Numbered from the stretch's first letter, positions 19,332-29,530 are shown. The stretch is DNA of 64,000 bases from a bacterium (GCA_040390065.1 JAZJZE010000001.1:186068-250067), one strand, 5' to 3'. The notes: generated from the letters alone by a model not told the origin. A program made the numbers and translations.

Positions 19332-19811
19332 TCACGGCGCCTTCGCCATGAGCGCCTGCATGAGCGTGATGCCGGCATTGATGACGGGCTTGCCGACGGC
19401 GTCCCCCGCAATCTCTTCCATGGGGCCCTGGCCAAAGTGGCGGCCGCGCTTCGTGAAGACGCTGATCCGGATGTCGCCAGCCTGGAAGTTGGGCACGGGT
19501 TCGCCCGCATAGAGACCGACTTGGCTCGCCATGCGCCGGCCCGCCGTCAGCAGGGCGTCGATTTGCGGTGCGAGGTCGCCGCGCAGGTTCCAGACCACGG
19601 CGCGCCCGCTATGGTTGTAGTACCTAGCGCCGTCGTCCCCAGGGAATGCCGCGATGAGGTCCATGCCGCCGTCAATCATGTATTCGAGCGTCACGGCGAG
19701 GACGTCGGCGTCGTTGCCCGCCGGGCTCGCCTGCTTTGACAGATGGGCAAACAGCGCGTCGCGAATCGGCGCGGAGACCGGCGAGGCCTTCGGCTTGGAG
19801 AACCAAGCCAT
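19332..19811 (-). CDS. hypothetical protein
   Basis: 159-aa ORF starting 6 nt after the atpB stop; does not resemble ATP synthase subunit D. Confidence 0.65.
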   Translation of the reverse strand: MAWFSKPKASPVSAPIRDALFAHLSKQASPAGNDADVLAVTLEYMIDGGMDLIAAFPGDDGARYYNHSGRAVVWNLRGDLAPQIDALLTAGRRMASQVGLYAGEPVPNFQAGDIRISVFTKRGRHFGQGPMEEIAGDAVGKPVINAGITLMQALMAKAP

Positions 19812-19817
19812 GGAGTC

Positions 19818-21245
19818 TCAGTGCGCCTTGGCGACCATCGGCTTCGGCGCCGTCTGTGCGCCTGCCTTGCGATATTTCGGATGGAACTGTTCCAGCGTCT
19901 TCTTGTCGATGCGGGTCAGGATGGACTCGTCGACGGTGGCCAGGAGGTCCCAGCCGAGGTCCAACGTGTCCTCGATGGTGCGGTCGTCGTCGCGGCCTTG
20001 GCGGACGTACTTGTTCTCGAACAACTCGGCGAAGTCGAGAACCTGCAAGTCGCGCTTCGACAGGGCGTCCTTGCCGACGATGGCCACGAGGCCACGCAGG
20101 TCGCGCCCTTCGGCGTACAGGGCGTAGCACTGGTCGGAGACCTTCTTGTGGTCGTCGCGGGTCTTGGCGCCGCCGATGCCGGCGTTCATGAGGCGCGACA
20201 GCGATGGCAGGACGTTGATGGGCGGGTAGATGCCCTTGCGGTGCAGTTCACGCGAGATGACAATCTGGCCTTCGGTGATGTAGCCGGACAGGTCGGGGAT
20301 CGGGTGCGTGATGTCGTCGCCCGGCATCGTCAGGATGGGGAACTGCGTCACGCTGCCCTTCTTGCCCTTGATGTTGCCGGCACGCTCGTAGAGGTTCGCC
20401 AGGTCCGTGTACATGTAACCCGGGTAGCCGCGGCGGCCGGGCACTTCTTCACGGGCGGCGCCGATCTGGCGCAATGCTTCGCAGTAGTTCGTGACGTCGG
20501 TGAAGATGACGAGCACGTGCATGCCGAGGTCGAAGGCGAGGTACTCGGCCGCCGTGAGCGCCAGACGCGGGGTGAGGATGCGTTCGACGGCGGGGTCGTC
20601 GGCGAGGTTCTGGAAGATGACTGCACGCTTCAGGGCGCCCGTCCTCTCGAACTCGTTCATGAATTTCTTCGCTTCCTCGTTCGTGATGCCCATGGCGGCA
20701 AACACGACGGCGAACTCCTCGCCCTGGCCGCGCACCTTGGCTTGGCGGGCAATCTGCAAGGCAATGTCATTGTGCGGGAGACCTGCGCCCGAAAAGATCG
20801 GGAGCTTCTGGCCGCGCACCAGCGAATTGTTGCCGTCAATCGTCGAGATGCCGGTCTGGATGAAGTCGTGCGGCGAGGCGCGCGAGTACGGGTTGATGGG
20901 GAAGCCGTTGATGTCGCGGTAGTCGTCGGGGATGATCTCGGGCCCGCCGTCGATGGGGGACCCGGCGCCGGAGAAGACGCGGCCAAGGATGTTCTTGGCG
21001 AGGCCGAACTTGATGGTCTCGCCGAGGAACTTCACCGTCGTCTTGTCGTTGTCGATGCCGGTCGTACCCTCGAAGACCTGGACGACGACCTGCTTGCTCG
21101 ACGTGTCGAGGACTTGGCCGCGGCGAATCTGGCCGTTCGGCAGGCGCAACTGCACGAGTTCGCCGTAGCCGACTTCATGGGTCTTCTCGACGAAGACGAG
21201 CGGGCCCTTGATCTGCGTGATGGTGCGGTATTCCTTCTGCGCCAT
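19818..21245 (-). CDS. atpB: A/V-type ATP synthase subunit B
   Basis: [51 protein letters not shown]. Confidence 0.98.
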   Translation of the reverse strand: MAQKEYRTITQIKGPLVFVEKTHEVGYGELVQLRLPNGQIRRGQVLDTSSKQVVVQVFEGTTGIDNDKTTVKFLGETIKFGLAKNILGRVFSGAGSPIDGGPEIIPDDYRDINGFPINPYSRASPHDFIQTGISTIDGNNSLVRGQKLPIFSGAGLPHNDIALQIARQAKVRGQGEEFAVVFAAMGITNEEAKKFMNEFERTGALKRAVIFQNLADDPAVERILTPRLALTAAEYLAFDLGMHVLVIFTDVTNYCEALRQIGAAREEVPGRRGYPGYMYTDLANLYERAGNIKGKKGSVTQFPILTMPGDDITHPIPDLSGYITEGQIVISRELHRKGIYPPINVLPSLSRLMNAGIGGAKTRDDHKKVSDQCYALYAEGRDLRGLVAIVGKDALSKRDLQVLDFAELFENKYVRQGRDDDRTIEDTLDLGWDLLATVDESILTRIDKKTLEQFHPKYRKAGAQTAPKPMVAKAH

Positions 21246-21269
21246 GGCAGGTCGGCGACGGGAGCGCGG

Positions 21270-21275
21270 TATAAA
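21270..21275 (-). promoter_or_regulatory. TATA box for a separate, near-leaderless atpB transcript
   Basis: TTTATA on the minus strand about 25 nt upstream of the atpB ATG. Confidence 0.5.
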
Positions 21276-21346
21276 GACTGGACCTCCGGAAAAGGGACGA
21301 AATAGGACCGCTCTAACAGAAGCGAAAGCCACCGGAACACTGAAGA

Positions 21347-21364
21347 CCTATAGGGGCCTATAGG
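21347..21364. promoter_or_regulatory. putative toxin-antitoxin operator (tandem palindrome)
   Basis: CCTATAGG-gg-CCTATAGG ends 5 nt before the MNT start codon. Confidence 0.55.
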
Positions 21365-21369
21365 ATATC

Positions 21370-21807
21370 GTGCAGGAACCGGCGACCACGCTCTGGGTCC
21401 CCACGGCGCTGCGCGACCGCCTCAACCGCCAACGCGTGCATCCGGGTCAGCCGTACCACCAAGTGATTTCCCGCCTTCTGGATGCGTCCGAGCGGGCTCC
21501 CCAACTACCGCGCGCTGGCGGGATGGATGGTTTGGTCGCCGTCCATCGGGACCAGTTGCTGGAAGCGGCCCGAGCCAATGGTATCAACCGGTTGTGGCTG
21601 TTCGGTTCTCGCGCGCGAGGCGAAGCCGGCCCGGACTCGGACGTCGATCTTCTTTACGAAGCCCGCCCCGGCAAATCCCTGTGGGACATCTGCCCCTTCA
21701 TCGAGGACGCAAAAGAAATCCTCGGCGTCAGCGTGGACCTGGTGGACCGCGCCGCGCTGCGGGGCGCATTCCGGGACCGGGTCGCCCGGGAGGCCATCCC
21801 GCTGTGA
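21370..21807 (+). CDS. MNT (minimal nucleotidyltransferase) antitoxin with an N-terminal RHH-like domain
   Basis: LFGSRARGEAGPDSDVDL motif; N-terminus TTLWVPTALRDRL...YHQVISRLL. Confidence 0.9.
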   Translation: MQEPATTLWVPTALRDRLNRQRVHPGQPYHQVISRLLDASERAPQLPRAGGMDGLVAVHRDQLLEAARANGINRLWLFGSRARGEAGPDSDVDLLYEARPGKSLWDICPFIEDAKEILGVSVDLVDRAALRGAFRDRVAREAIPL

Positions 21808-22130
21808 CGCCGCACGACGACATCCTGTCGGTGGCCCAGATGCTCCAGTTCGCCAACGACTTGCGGACTTACACGAAGGGCCGGCGCCGCGAAGTCACCA
21901 AGGAGGGCATACTCCGGGACGCGGTCCTGCGCAAATTCGAGGTCTTCGGGGAGGCCGCAACCCGGATCAGTGCGGACTTCCGGACTCGTAATCCTGACGT
22001 TCCGTGGAAACGCATCATTGCCTTCCGAAATGTCCTGATCCACGCGTACGACCGCCTGGTCGGGGACGAGTTGCTTGTGGCGTTGGATGCCCTGCCGGGC
22101 GTCGTGGCCCAGCTGAAGGTCGCCAAGTGA
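21804..22130 (+). CDS. HEPN/DUF86 (HepT-like) toxin
   Basis: GTGA overlap with the MNT stop; DAVLRKFEVFGEAA, PDVPWKRIIAFRNVLIHAY (Rx4HxY). Confidence 0.9.
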   Translation: MTPHDDILSVAQMLQFANDLRTYTKGRRREVTKEGILRDAVLRKFEVFGEAATRISADFRTRNPDVPWKRIIAFRNVLIHAYDRLVGDELLVALDALPGVVAQLKVAK

Positions 22131-22341
22131 TCCGCCCCGTCGGGGTCGGCGAGGAATGCACGGCCCCGCTACGACAGTGCAATGGCGCAACGTCACGGCG
22201 TTTCGCAACCGCCTCATCCATGGCTACGACGAAATCGAGATGGACCGCGTCTTGGAAGCAGTGCCGGGGACAGTCAAGCAGGCGTTGCCAGAGTTGAAGA
22301 CAATTCGCGACGGGTGACTGGAGGGGCGTCGGGGCGGCCGT

Positions 22342-22644
22342 TCACGCTTTGGTGGGAGCCTGCTTCATCCGAACGCCCCAAGCGACCAGCCAAAGCCCCA
22401 GCCCCGCGGCTGGCAGGCCGAGCATCAGTCCCGGCAGTACATCCAGGTCGCCGGCCCCCGGGCGAAGGCCCGCCCACAACATCAGGGCGCACGCTAGAAT
22501 GAGTGCGCTCCCAATCGTGAGTGCAAGGATGGATGCGGGCCTGGTCCCGGCTTGTTTCGCTTGGCGCACGGCGGCGACCAACAGGTACAAGCCCACGCCA
22601 ATCAGGACGAGGCCGGCCAGGAAGGATTGCTCCCACGGCGTCAC
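22342..22644 (-). CDS. small membrane protein (about 3 TM)
   Basis: Hydrophobic 100-aa ORF lying between atpA and the toxin-antitoxin pair. Confidence 0.55.
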   Translation of the reverse strand: MTPWEQSFLAGLVLIGVGLYLLVAAVRQAKQAGTRPASILALTIGSALILACALMLWAGLRPGAGDLDVLPGLMLGLPAAGLGLWLVAWGVRMKQAPTKA

Positions 22645-22725
22645 GAAGGAGAAGAGGAGGCCACCGACGGCAAGGCATGCACATGCAACCGCAGTCGTGG
22701 CCTGCCACCGGATGGCCGACTCCCC

Positions 22726-24489
22726 CTACGCCATCATTTCCTTCTTCACGGTGACGTTGGCGAAACTGCCTTCGAGTTTCTTCATCGCGGCGTCGTAGAC
22801 GACGTCGAAGTTGGCCTCGAAGCGGGCGCGGGCGAGGTCGGTGACGACGGGCAGGCCCGTGATCTCCTTCGTCGTGGCGCCGGCGGCGAGCGCCTTCTGC
22901 GCCAGGGTCTGGTAGCGCAAGATGGCCTTCCACAGCTTGTAGTCCTTCTGCAAGGACGAGTACGCGTCGACCTTGTCGTAGGCGTTCTGCTGCAAGTAAA
23001 TCTCACGGATGAGGCGGGCGGACTCCAGAGTGATCTGCTGCTCTGGCGGCAAGGCGTCGGAGCCGACGAGTTGCACGATCTCCTGCAGTTCGGATTCGCG
23101 CTGCAGGAGTTCCATGATCTCGGCCTTCGTCTCGTTCCAGTCGGGGGCCGCGTTCTGCGTGTAGTACGGCGCCAGGTATTCCGGGTACAAGGAGTACGAT
23201 TGCAGCCAGTTGATGGCGGGGAAGTGGCGGCGCTGGGCGAGCTTCGCGTCCAGGGCCCAGAACACCTTCACGATGCGCAGCGTTGCCTGCGTGACGGGCT
23301 CGGAGAAGTCGCCGCCGGCCGGCGACACGGCGCCGATGACCGAGATGGACCCCTCGCCGCCGCCCAGCAGCGTGCAGCGGCCAGCGCGCTCGTAGAATTC
23401 GGACAGGCGGGCAGACAGGTATGCCGGGTAGCCTTCTTCGCCGGGCATCTCTTCCAGGCGCGAGCCGATCTCACGCATGGCCTCTGCCCAGCGCGAGGTC
23501 GAGTCGGCCATGAGGGCGACGTCGTAGCCCATGTCGCGGTAGTACTCGGCGATGGTGATGCCCGTGTAGCAGGAGGCTTCACGCGCGGCCACTGGCATGT
23601 TGGAGGTATTGGCGATGAGGCAGGTGCGTGCCATGAGCGGGTTGCCGGTCTGCGGGTCTTCCAGCACCGGGAACTCCGTCAGCACTTCCGTCATCTCGTT
23701 GCCGCGTTCGCCGCAGCCGATGTACACGACGACCTTGGCGTCCGAATACTTGGCCAGGCTCTGCTGCGTGACCGTCTTGCCGGAGCCGAAGGGGCCAGGG
23801 ATGGCTGCGGTGCCGCCCTTGGCGATTGGGAACAGGCCGTCGAGGATGCGCATGCCCGTGTTGAGCGGGATGGTGGGAAGCTGCTTCTCGTCGAAGGGCC
23901 GCGGCATGCGGACGGGCCACTTGTGCACCATCGAGACCTTGGCGCCGTTGTCCAGCGTGCAGATGATCTCGTCGATGGTGAACGAGCCGGCCTTGATCTC
24001 CTTCACGATGCCGCCCTCGACGTTCGGGGGCACCATGATCTTGTGCAGGATGGACTTGGACTCCTGGACGGTTCCCAGAGCGCCGCCGGGGACGACCTTG
24101 TCGCCCTTCTTCGCCGTGGGCTTGAACTCCCACTTCTTCTTGTGGTCAAGTCCCGGGACGTCGACGCCGCGGAGAATGAAGTGGCCCATCTGTTCCTGCA
24201 GGACCTCAAGCGGGCGCTGGATGCCGTCGTAGATGGACGTAAGGAGGCCGGGGCCGAGTTCGACGACGAGGGGCAACCCGGTGTTCTCGACGGGCTCGCC
24301 GGGCTTGACGCCGGACGTGTCCTCGTAGACCTGGATGATCGAGTACTCGCCCTCGATCTGGATGACTTCCCCCATGAGGCGCTCAGTGCCAACGCGTACG
24401 ATGTCGTACATGGCGGGCTTGATGCCGATGGCGGTACAGACCGGTCCGGAGACGCGGTACACGGTTCCCTTCTCGTTTGCATTTACCAT
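22726..24489 (-). CDS. atpA: A/V-type ATP synthase subunit A
   Basis: [40 protein letters not shown]; no intein. Confidence 0.98.
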   Translation of the reverse strand: MVNANEKGTVYRVSGPVCTAIGIKPAMYDIVRVGTERLMGEVIQIEGEYSIIQVYEDTSGVKPGEPVENTGLPLVVELGPGLLTSIYDGIQRPLEVLQEQMGHFILRGVDVPGLDHKKKWEFKPTAKKGDKVVPGGALGTVQESKSILHKIMVPPNVEGGIVKEIKAGSFTIDEIICTLDNGAKVSMVHKWPVRMPRPFDEKQLPTIPLNTGMRILDGLFPIAKGGTAAIPGPFGSGKTVTQQSLAKYSDAKVVVYIGCGERGNEMTEVLTEFPVLEDPQTGNPLMARTCLIANTSNMPVAAREASCYTGITIAEYYRDMGYDVALMADSTSRWAEAMREIGSRLEEMPGEEGYPAYLSARLSEFYERAGRCTLLGGGEGSISVIGAVSPAGGDFSEPVTQATLRIVKVFWALDAKLAQRRHFPAINWLQSYSLYPEYLAPYYTQNAAPDWNETKAEIMELLQRESELQEIVQLVGSDALPPEQQITLESARLIREIYLQQNAYDKVDAYSSLQKDYKLWKAILRYQTLAQKALAAGATTKEITGLPVVTDLARARFEANFDVVYDAAMKKLEGSFANVTVKKEMMA

Positions 24490-24788
24490 AGGTCGACACC
24501 AACTGCTTGCTTGATCTTCTCGCGAAGAGTGTTGTCCTCTTCGGTGCCCACTGCGACCAGCGTCGGCTTGGTGGCCGACACGAGTTCACCGCGGGTGCGC
24601 GGGCTGACCCTTTGAAGGTCGCCCGTCTGCATGACTAGGATGGAGACACCGTCGTCGCGGCGCGCGGCGGCCACGGCGCGTTCGAGGTCATCCTCGGAGC
24701 CGGCGCCAGTCTCCCAAATCTTGCGGATTCCCGCCAGGCGGAAGCCGAGCGTGAACTGCTGCGAGCCGACGACGCCGATTTCGCTCAT
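24483..24788 (-). CDS. atpF: A/V-type ATP synthase subunit F
   Basis: [18 protein letters not shown]...[14 protein letters not shown]. Confidence 0.95.
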   Translation of the reverse strand: MSEIGVVGSQQFTLGFRLAGIRKIWETGAGSEDDLERAVAAARRDDGVSILVMQTGDLQRVSPRTRGELVSATKPTLVAVGTEEDNTLREKIKQAVGVDLW

Positions 24789-24904
24789 AGGAAAGCCTCC
24801 GACGACTCCGACCGGTCAACAGATGCGACAGATGAAACCGATGCGACCAAGCCGTCCACCATCTGGTGGATCTGTTCCATCTGTTGACAAGCATCAGCGG
24901 TCAT
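24785..24904 (-). other. hairpin-forming 120-bp insert that is also a 39-codon ORF coupled to atpC and atpF
   Basis: ATG overlaps the atpC TGA and its TGA overlaps the atpF ATG; inverted repeat GTCAACAGATG (24815-24825) / CATCTGTTGAC (24878-24888). Confidence 0.6.
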
Positions 24905-25977
24905 CAGACAATCAGCTCCTTCAGGCGTTCTTCCGAAAGTCCGGCCGCCTTGCCCCGAGCGACGGCGCGAAGGGTTGCGACCTCGCGGTGTTTGCGGATG
25001 ACGAAGAGCAGGATGGGGATGAGCGACAGCGGGTGGCTGTGGCTGAGGTGGTCGAGTTCCTTCATGGAGGCGCGCCACACGGCCGATTGGAATGTGCCGA
25101 GCATGCGCGTCTGGCTTGCCTTGGCCAGTTCGTCCTTGACGCCCGTGTACGGTTTGAACTCGCCCAGCGCCTCGGCGAGGGCGGCGAGGTCCTTGCTGCG
25201 CGCGAGGGTCATGACCTGCGCGACCTTCAGGGTCTTGCCGCCCGGGATGATGTACGCGCTGAAGTCGCCCTGCTCGCCGGACGCGACCCAGCGGGCTGCA
25301 TTGAGGAGATTGCGGTGGTCGGCTTCGCGGCGCACGAAATCCAGCACGTCGCGCGCGCCCTTCTCCTTGGACGCCCCGAGGGCGGAGATGAGCCGGTCGT
25401 AGTAGACGAAGTCGAGGGCGTCCTCATAGCGCGGCAGCGGCGAGCCAGCCGGAACCTTCTGCAGGATGGCTGCCCAGTCGCGGGCCTGGCGCGTGCCCTT
25501 CTCGAGGGCCGCGAGGACATCCGGGATGGTCTTGACGTCCTCCGCCAGGAGCGGGGCGAAGGTGTCGTAGATGTCCTGGTTCTCGATCAGCATCTCGCGC
25601 AGCAGTTCGTCGCGGCCGGCGCCCGCGTTCTTGCCGCGCAGAAGCGTCTTGAGGTCCTCGAGGTGGTAGCGCTCGAGGAACAAGGCGATGAGTTGGCCGC
25701 CTGGGCCTGAGACCATCTTGCGGATGGCGTCGTAGGTGCGTTCCTCGTTGACCGTGAGTGCCGCCTCCAGCAGGTCGAGGCCGGTGAACTTCGTCGACAA
25801 CTCGTCGACTTCGGACTTGTACGCGGACTCTTCGACAAAGCGCGTGATCTCGGCCACGTCCATCTTCAGGATCTTCTCGTACTCGCCGGGTTGGATGAGT
25901 TTCGAGCGCTTGGCCTGCACACGGGCCACGGCGTAGGGGTAGTTGCTGGTGCCACCCTGGAGGAACGACATGGCCAT
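24904..25977 (-). CDS. atpC: A/V-type ATP synthase subunit C
   Basis: NYPYAVARVQAKRSKL, EVATLRAVARGKAAGLS; operon position. Confidence 0.93.
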   Translation of the reverse strand: MAMSFLQGGTSNYPYAVARVQAKRSKLIQPGEYEKILKMDVAEITRFVEESAYKSEVDELSTKFTGLDLLEAALTVNEERTYDAIRKMVSGPGGQLIALFLERYHLEDLKTLLRGKNAGAGRDELLREMLIENQDIYDTFAPLLAEDVKTIPDVLAALEKGTRQARDWAAILQKVPAGSPLPRYEDALDFVYYDRLISALGASKEKGARDVLDFVRREADHRNLLNAARWVASGEQGDFSAYIIPGGKTLKVAQVMTLARSKDLAALAEALGEFKPYTGVKDELAKASQTRMLGTFQSAVWRASMKELDHLSHSHPLSLIPILLFVIRKHREVATLRAVARGKAAGLSEERLKELIV

Positions 25978-25984
25978 GGATGCC

Positions 25985-26539
25985 TCAGTGGAAGAGGCCG
26001 GCTTCGGCCTTCAGGACGTCGCGCCAGGCCTCGTCGAGGATGGTCTCGTACGTCAGGTCCAACCGGGTGCGCCCGTCCTCGGACTCGACGACGATGCCGC
26101 CAGCCACCGGCAGGCTGCCGCCGTGCTTGTACGACTTCTGCGCGGCAAGCGTCGCGGTGTCCGCGGCGGCGCCCCAGACCGTCCCCTTCGGGATGATGGT
26201 CAGCGCGCGCTTGACGAGAGCCTGGAGGTGCTTCTCACGCGACTTGGCGGGCAGGTCGGCAAGGCCCTTCAGGATCATGGCGCGCATCTGGTCGCGCAAC
26301 TCGGCCTCGGCGGAGAGGAGGCCCTTGCGGGATTCCGATTCCGCGCGGCTTTGCGCTTGGGCCAGGACGGCTTGCGCTTCGCGGCCGGCGCGCGCGATCT
26401 GCGCGGCTTCGTGGGCCTGCGCGTCGCGGCGGGCGGCCTCGAGGATGCTGGCCGCCTCCTTGCGGGCGTCCTGCAGAATCTGCTGGGCGCGGGCTTCGCC
26501 GTCGCGGCGCACCTCGCCGATCACCTGGTCGAGCGACAT
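25985..26539 (-). CDS. atpE: A/V-type ATP synthase subunit E
   Basis: MSLDQVIGEV coiled coil; GGIVVESEDGRTRLDLTYE. Confidence 0.92.
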   Translation of the reverse strand: MSLDQVIGEVRRDGEARAQQILQDARKEAASILEAARRDAQAHEAAQIARAGREAQAVLAQAQSRAESESRKGLLSAEAELRDQMRAMILKGLADLPAKSREKHLQALVKRALTIIPKGTVWGAAADTATLAAQKSYKHGGSLPVAGGIVVESEDGRTRLDLTYETILDEAWRDVLKAEAGLFH

Positions 26540-26553
26540 GGAATCGCCCGGGC

Positions 26554-26790
26554 TTACGCGGAGCCGGTCTTCAGCCAGAGCAGGATCGCCATGACGAAGC
26601 CGAAGATGACCACGGTCTCGGGGATGACGGTCATGACCAGGCCTTTGCCGAAGTTCTTCTCGTCCTCGGCGGTGGCGCCGACGGCCGAGGCACCGATGGC
26701 GCTCTGGGCCAGTCCCGTGCCGATGCCAGCCAGGCCGATGGCCAAGCCCGATCCGATGCCAAGCAGTCCATTTCCAACGTCAACAACCAT
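26554..26790 (-). CDS. atpK: A/V-type ATP synthase subunit K (c, proteolipid)
   Basis: Two TM helices, GLAQSAIG and IPETVVIFG. Confidence 0.95.
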   Translation of the reverse strand: MVVDVGNGLLGIGSGLAIGLAGIGTGLAQSAIGASAVGATAEDEKNFGKGLVMTVIPETVVIFGFVMAILLWLKTGSA

Positions 26791-26850
26791 GTCGTTTTCA
26801 GCTCCTTTTTGGGTGATCTTTCCGCGTGTTTGAAAGAGAGAAAGAGGGTC

Positions 26851-29070
26851 TTAGGCGGCGCGACGGCCAAACGGTAGATAAGGCCGACCCCCGCCCGTGT
26901 AGAATTTCTGGAAGAACTCGACGAACTGCAGACGCAGCGACTGCAATCCGGCGCCGAGGATGGCAAGGGGGATGATGCATGCGAACCCGAGCACGTAGAT
27001 GATCCACCCGACCGGGTTGCCGTCGGCGAGGCCGGGGGCGATGGCGATGAGGGCCACGGCCATGCCGGCCTTGCTGGCGCCGATGGCCGCAAGACGCGTG
27101 TAGGACACGAGGTTGCCAAGCAGGCCGGGTACTTCGAGGAGCGCCACGAACCCGGCACCTAGGACCTTCGTGGCGGCCATCCAAAGGAGGGCCACGCTGA
27201 ACACGGCCAAGCCGACGCCCAGCCAACCCATCCAGGGCGGCAGCATCGCCGTCACCAATCCGAGGACAGCCATCGCCGTACCCGCCATGAGGAACAGCCA
27301 TGCAGCCTTCTCCTGGATGGCAAGCGCCGCGCCGTGCGACACGTAGACGTTGCGGATGCCGAGGACGAAGCCGAGGATGAGGTGCACGAGGCCGATGAGG
27401 ACGCACCAGATGAGAAGCGCCTGGATGTCGTGGATCTTGGAGTAGTAGCCGAGGTTGACGAAGCCGCCGAGGCTCAGGTGGATATCGCTCGAGGGCGCGA
27501 GCATGTTGGCGTGCGTCGCTGGCGCGGCTTCGGTGACGTTGAACCCTGCCGCTCTTTCCGCATCGTTCTCGGTGATGGTGTCGATCTGCTCCTGCGCCGC
27601 CGCACCGCCCGTCTTGTACAGGAAGCCGTGCGCTTCGGTGTCGTACGGCGTGTGCAGGTGCAGGATGTTCTCCCAGGACAAGTCGCCCTCGTGCTGCTGC
27701 TCCGGCGAGACGACGAAGTGGATGCCGAGGGCTTCGCCGAAGACGAAGGCGCCGACGACGATGCCGAGCACACCGCCCATGACGAGCGCGCGGCCGACGG
27801 CGGGGCCGCCGATGCCGAAGACCTTGTGCTTCTTCAGCAGGATGCCGACGAGGACGATGACGGCGCCGACCGCCATGTCGCCGACCATGAAGCCGAAGAA
27901 GAGCGGGAAGAACAGGAGCATGAGCTTCGTCGGGTCGATCTCATGGTAGCGCGGCTTGCCAAGCAGGCCAAGCAGGAACTCGTAGGGGCGCGCGAGCTTG
28001 GGGTTCTCCAGGTGCACGGGGGGTTCGTCCTTGGCGTCGGTGCCATGTTCATGGCCGCCCGCGTCGCCGTGCTCGTCCTTGCCGTGGTGGTTGTTGTCCG
28101 TCGCATGCGCGACCGGCAGCCCTGCCGCTTCCCTGTGGTGGGCCGGCGCATCGGGTGCGTCGCGCAGGTTCTCGATGTACAGCTTGTCGCCGCATGCCGC
28201 GATGAGGGCATTCTCGACGCGCTGCACGCGGCTCGTCGGGACCCAGCCTTCGACGTGGAAGGTCTGGTCGGTGACGGCGAAGCGCAGCGGCACCTGTGTC
28301 CGCTCGACTTCGCCCACAAGGACGCGCTCGAGCCCTGCAAGGCGAGGGCCCCATGCGTCGCTCCGCTTGGCAAGTTCCGCGTCGGTGGCCTCGAGCTTTC
28401 CTGCGAGGTCGGCCTCCTCCGCGGCGAGGCGGGTGAGGCGGTCGCTGGGCGTGCCCATCCCGGGAGGGAGGGCTGCGGGCGAGAAGGCGTTCTCGGCCAG
28501 GATGCGCTCGGCGGCCGAGGCGTCCTTGCTGGCGACGACCAGGGCGACGCCGAAGCCGCCGGGAGCCGCGACGACCTGCATCTCGTTCGACCAGGTGGCT
28601 GCCGCGACCGCGGCCGACGGGTCGGAGCGCGCCGTGCCAAGGAACACGCGGACGGAGGAGAGCGACGACAGGAGGCCCGTGTCGATGTCGAGGCCGGCGA
28701 CGGGGGCGAGGGCCTGCTCTTCGGCGTCGATGGCGGCCAGGCGCGAGCGCAGCGCGTCGGCTTTCTCGACGGCGGCGGCGGTCGCGGCGCGGGCCTCGCC
28801 GAGCAGCCGGGAGGGGTCTGGGACGTGTTCGAGGATGGCAGGAGCGGCTTCTGCGTGAAGCGCCTTCTGCAGGCCGCGCACGGCGACCAAGAGTTCGCTT
28901 GCCTTGTCGCCCGCCTCGAGGGGCGTGCCGATGCGCGTCGTGCCGGTCGGGTCCTTGAAGTCCTCGATGTGGACCGCACCTTCGGCGTGCAGCGTCGCGA
29001 TGACCTTCTCCAGCTGGTCGCGGTGGCCGCCCACCAGCAGGCGGCTCATTCGTGCGGGAAGGAAACTCAT
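26851..29070 (-). CDS. atpI: A/V-type ATP synthase subunit I (a)
   Basis: PRYHEIDPT, FFGFMVGD, SYTRLAAIG, LRLQFVEFFQKFY. Confidence 0.96.
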   Translation of the reverse strand: MSFLPARMSRLLVGGHRDQLEKVIATLHAEGAVHIEDFKDPTGTTRIGTPLEAGDKASELLVAVRGLQKALHAEAAPAILEHVPDPSRLLGEARAATAAAVEKADALRSRLAAIDAEEQALAPVAGLDIDTGLLSSLSSVRVFLGTARSDPSAAVAAATWSNEMQVVAAPGGFGVALVVASKDASAAERILAENAFSPAALPPGMGTPSDRLTRLAAEEADLAGKLEATDAELAKRSDAWGPRLAGLERVLVGEVERTQVPLRFAVTDQTFHVEGWVPTSRVQRVENALIAACGDKLYIENLRDAPDAPAHHREAAGLPVAHATDNNHHGKDEHGDAGGHEHGTDAKDEPPVHLENPKLARPYEFLLGLLGKPRYHEIDPTKLMLLFFPLFFGFMVGDMAVGAVIVLVGILLKKHKVFGIGGPAVGRALVMGGVLGIVVGAFVFGEALGIHFVVSPEQQHEGDLSWENILHLHTPYDTEAHGFLYKTGGAAAQEQIDTITENDAERAAGFNVTEAAPATHANMLAPSSDIHLSLGGFVNLGYYSKIHDIQALLIWCVLIGLVHLILGFVLGIRNVYVSHGAALAIQEKAAWLFLMAGTAMAVLGLVTAMLPPWMGWLGVGLAVFSVALLWMAATKVLGAGFVALLEVPGLLGNLVSYTRLAAIGASKAGMAVALIAIAPGLADGNPVGWIIYVLGFACIIPLAILGAGLQSLRLQFVEFFQKFYTGGGRPYLPFGRRAA

Positions 29071-29080
29071 GGATGGGCCC

Positions 29081-29398
29081 CTACAGCTTGCTCTCGATGA
29101 TGCGGATGGCGCGGTCGGTCACGCCGGCGACGCCGGAGTCGAACGTCTTGCGGATCAAGTCGGCGTCCTTCTGGCCCTTCGCGGCCTGCTTCTTCGCGGC
29201 GGCGTCGGCTTCCTTGCGCGCGGCCTCGAGGCGGCTCTGGTGGGCGAACTCGGCCTGGGCGCGGCCCTCGGCGAGGATGGCGTCGGCTTGGCGCCGGGCG
29301 TCGGCCACGATGGTCTTTGCCTCGGCCTCCGCCTGGGCGATGCGCGTCTTGGCGCCGGTCTCCGCATCCTTCACGCGCAACAGGAGTTCGCTCTTCAA
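29081..29398 (-). CDS. atpH: A-type ATP synthase subunit H
   Basis: 105-aa coiled coil (LLRVKDAE...) at the head of the operon; TTG start. Confidence 0.85.
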   Translation of the reverse strand: MKSELLLRVKDAETGAKTRIAQAEAEAKTIVADARRQADAILAEGRAQAEFAHQSRLEAARKEADAAAKKQAAKGQKDADLIRKTFDSGVAGVTDRAIRIIESKL

Positions 29399-29530
29399 GA
29401 CGGGCCCTAGTCGCGCGAAAACGGTGCGCTATTTCAGGCCTGGGGTGGCCTTCCCGTGGACACCTCGCGCCGCATGGGATACAACCCTTGGACCAGAAAA
29501 CTCAAGTCCGGCGCCCTTCGTGGCGCGGAT

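Noticed and set aside
19332-19811. Candidate atpD by position
   Set aside because: It lacks the long coiled coil and conserved motifs of subunit D.
8131-24489. Inteins in RadA or ATP synthase A/B
   Set aside because: All three have normal lengths and uninterrupted motifs at the usual insertion sites.
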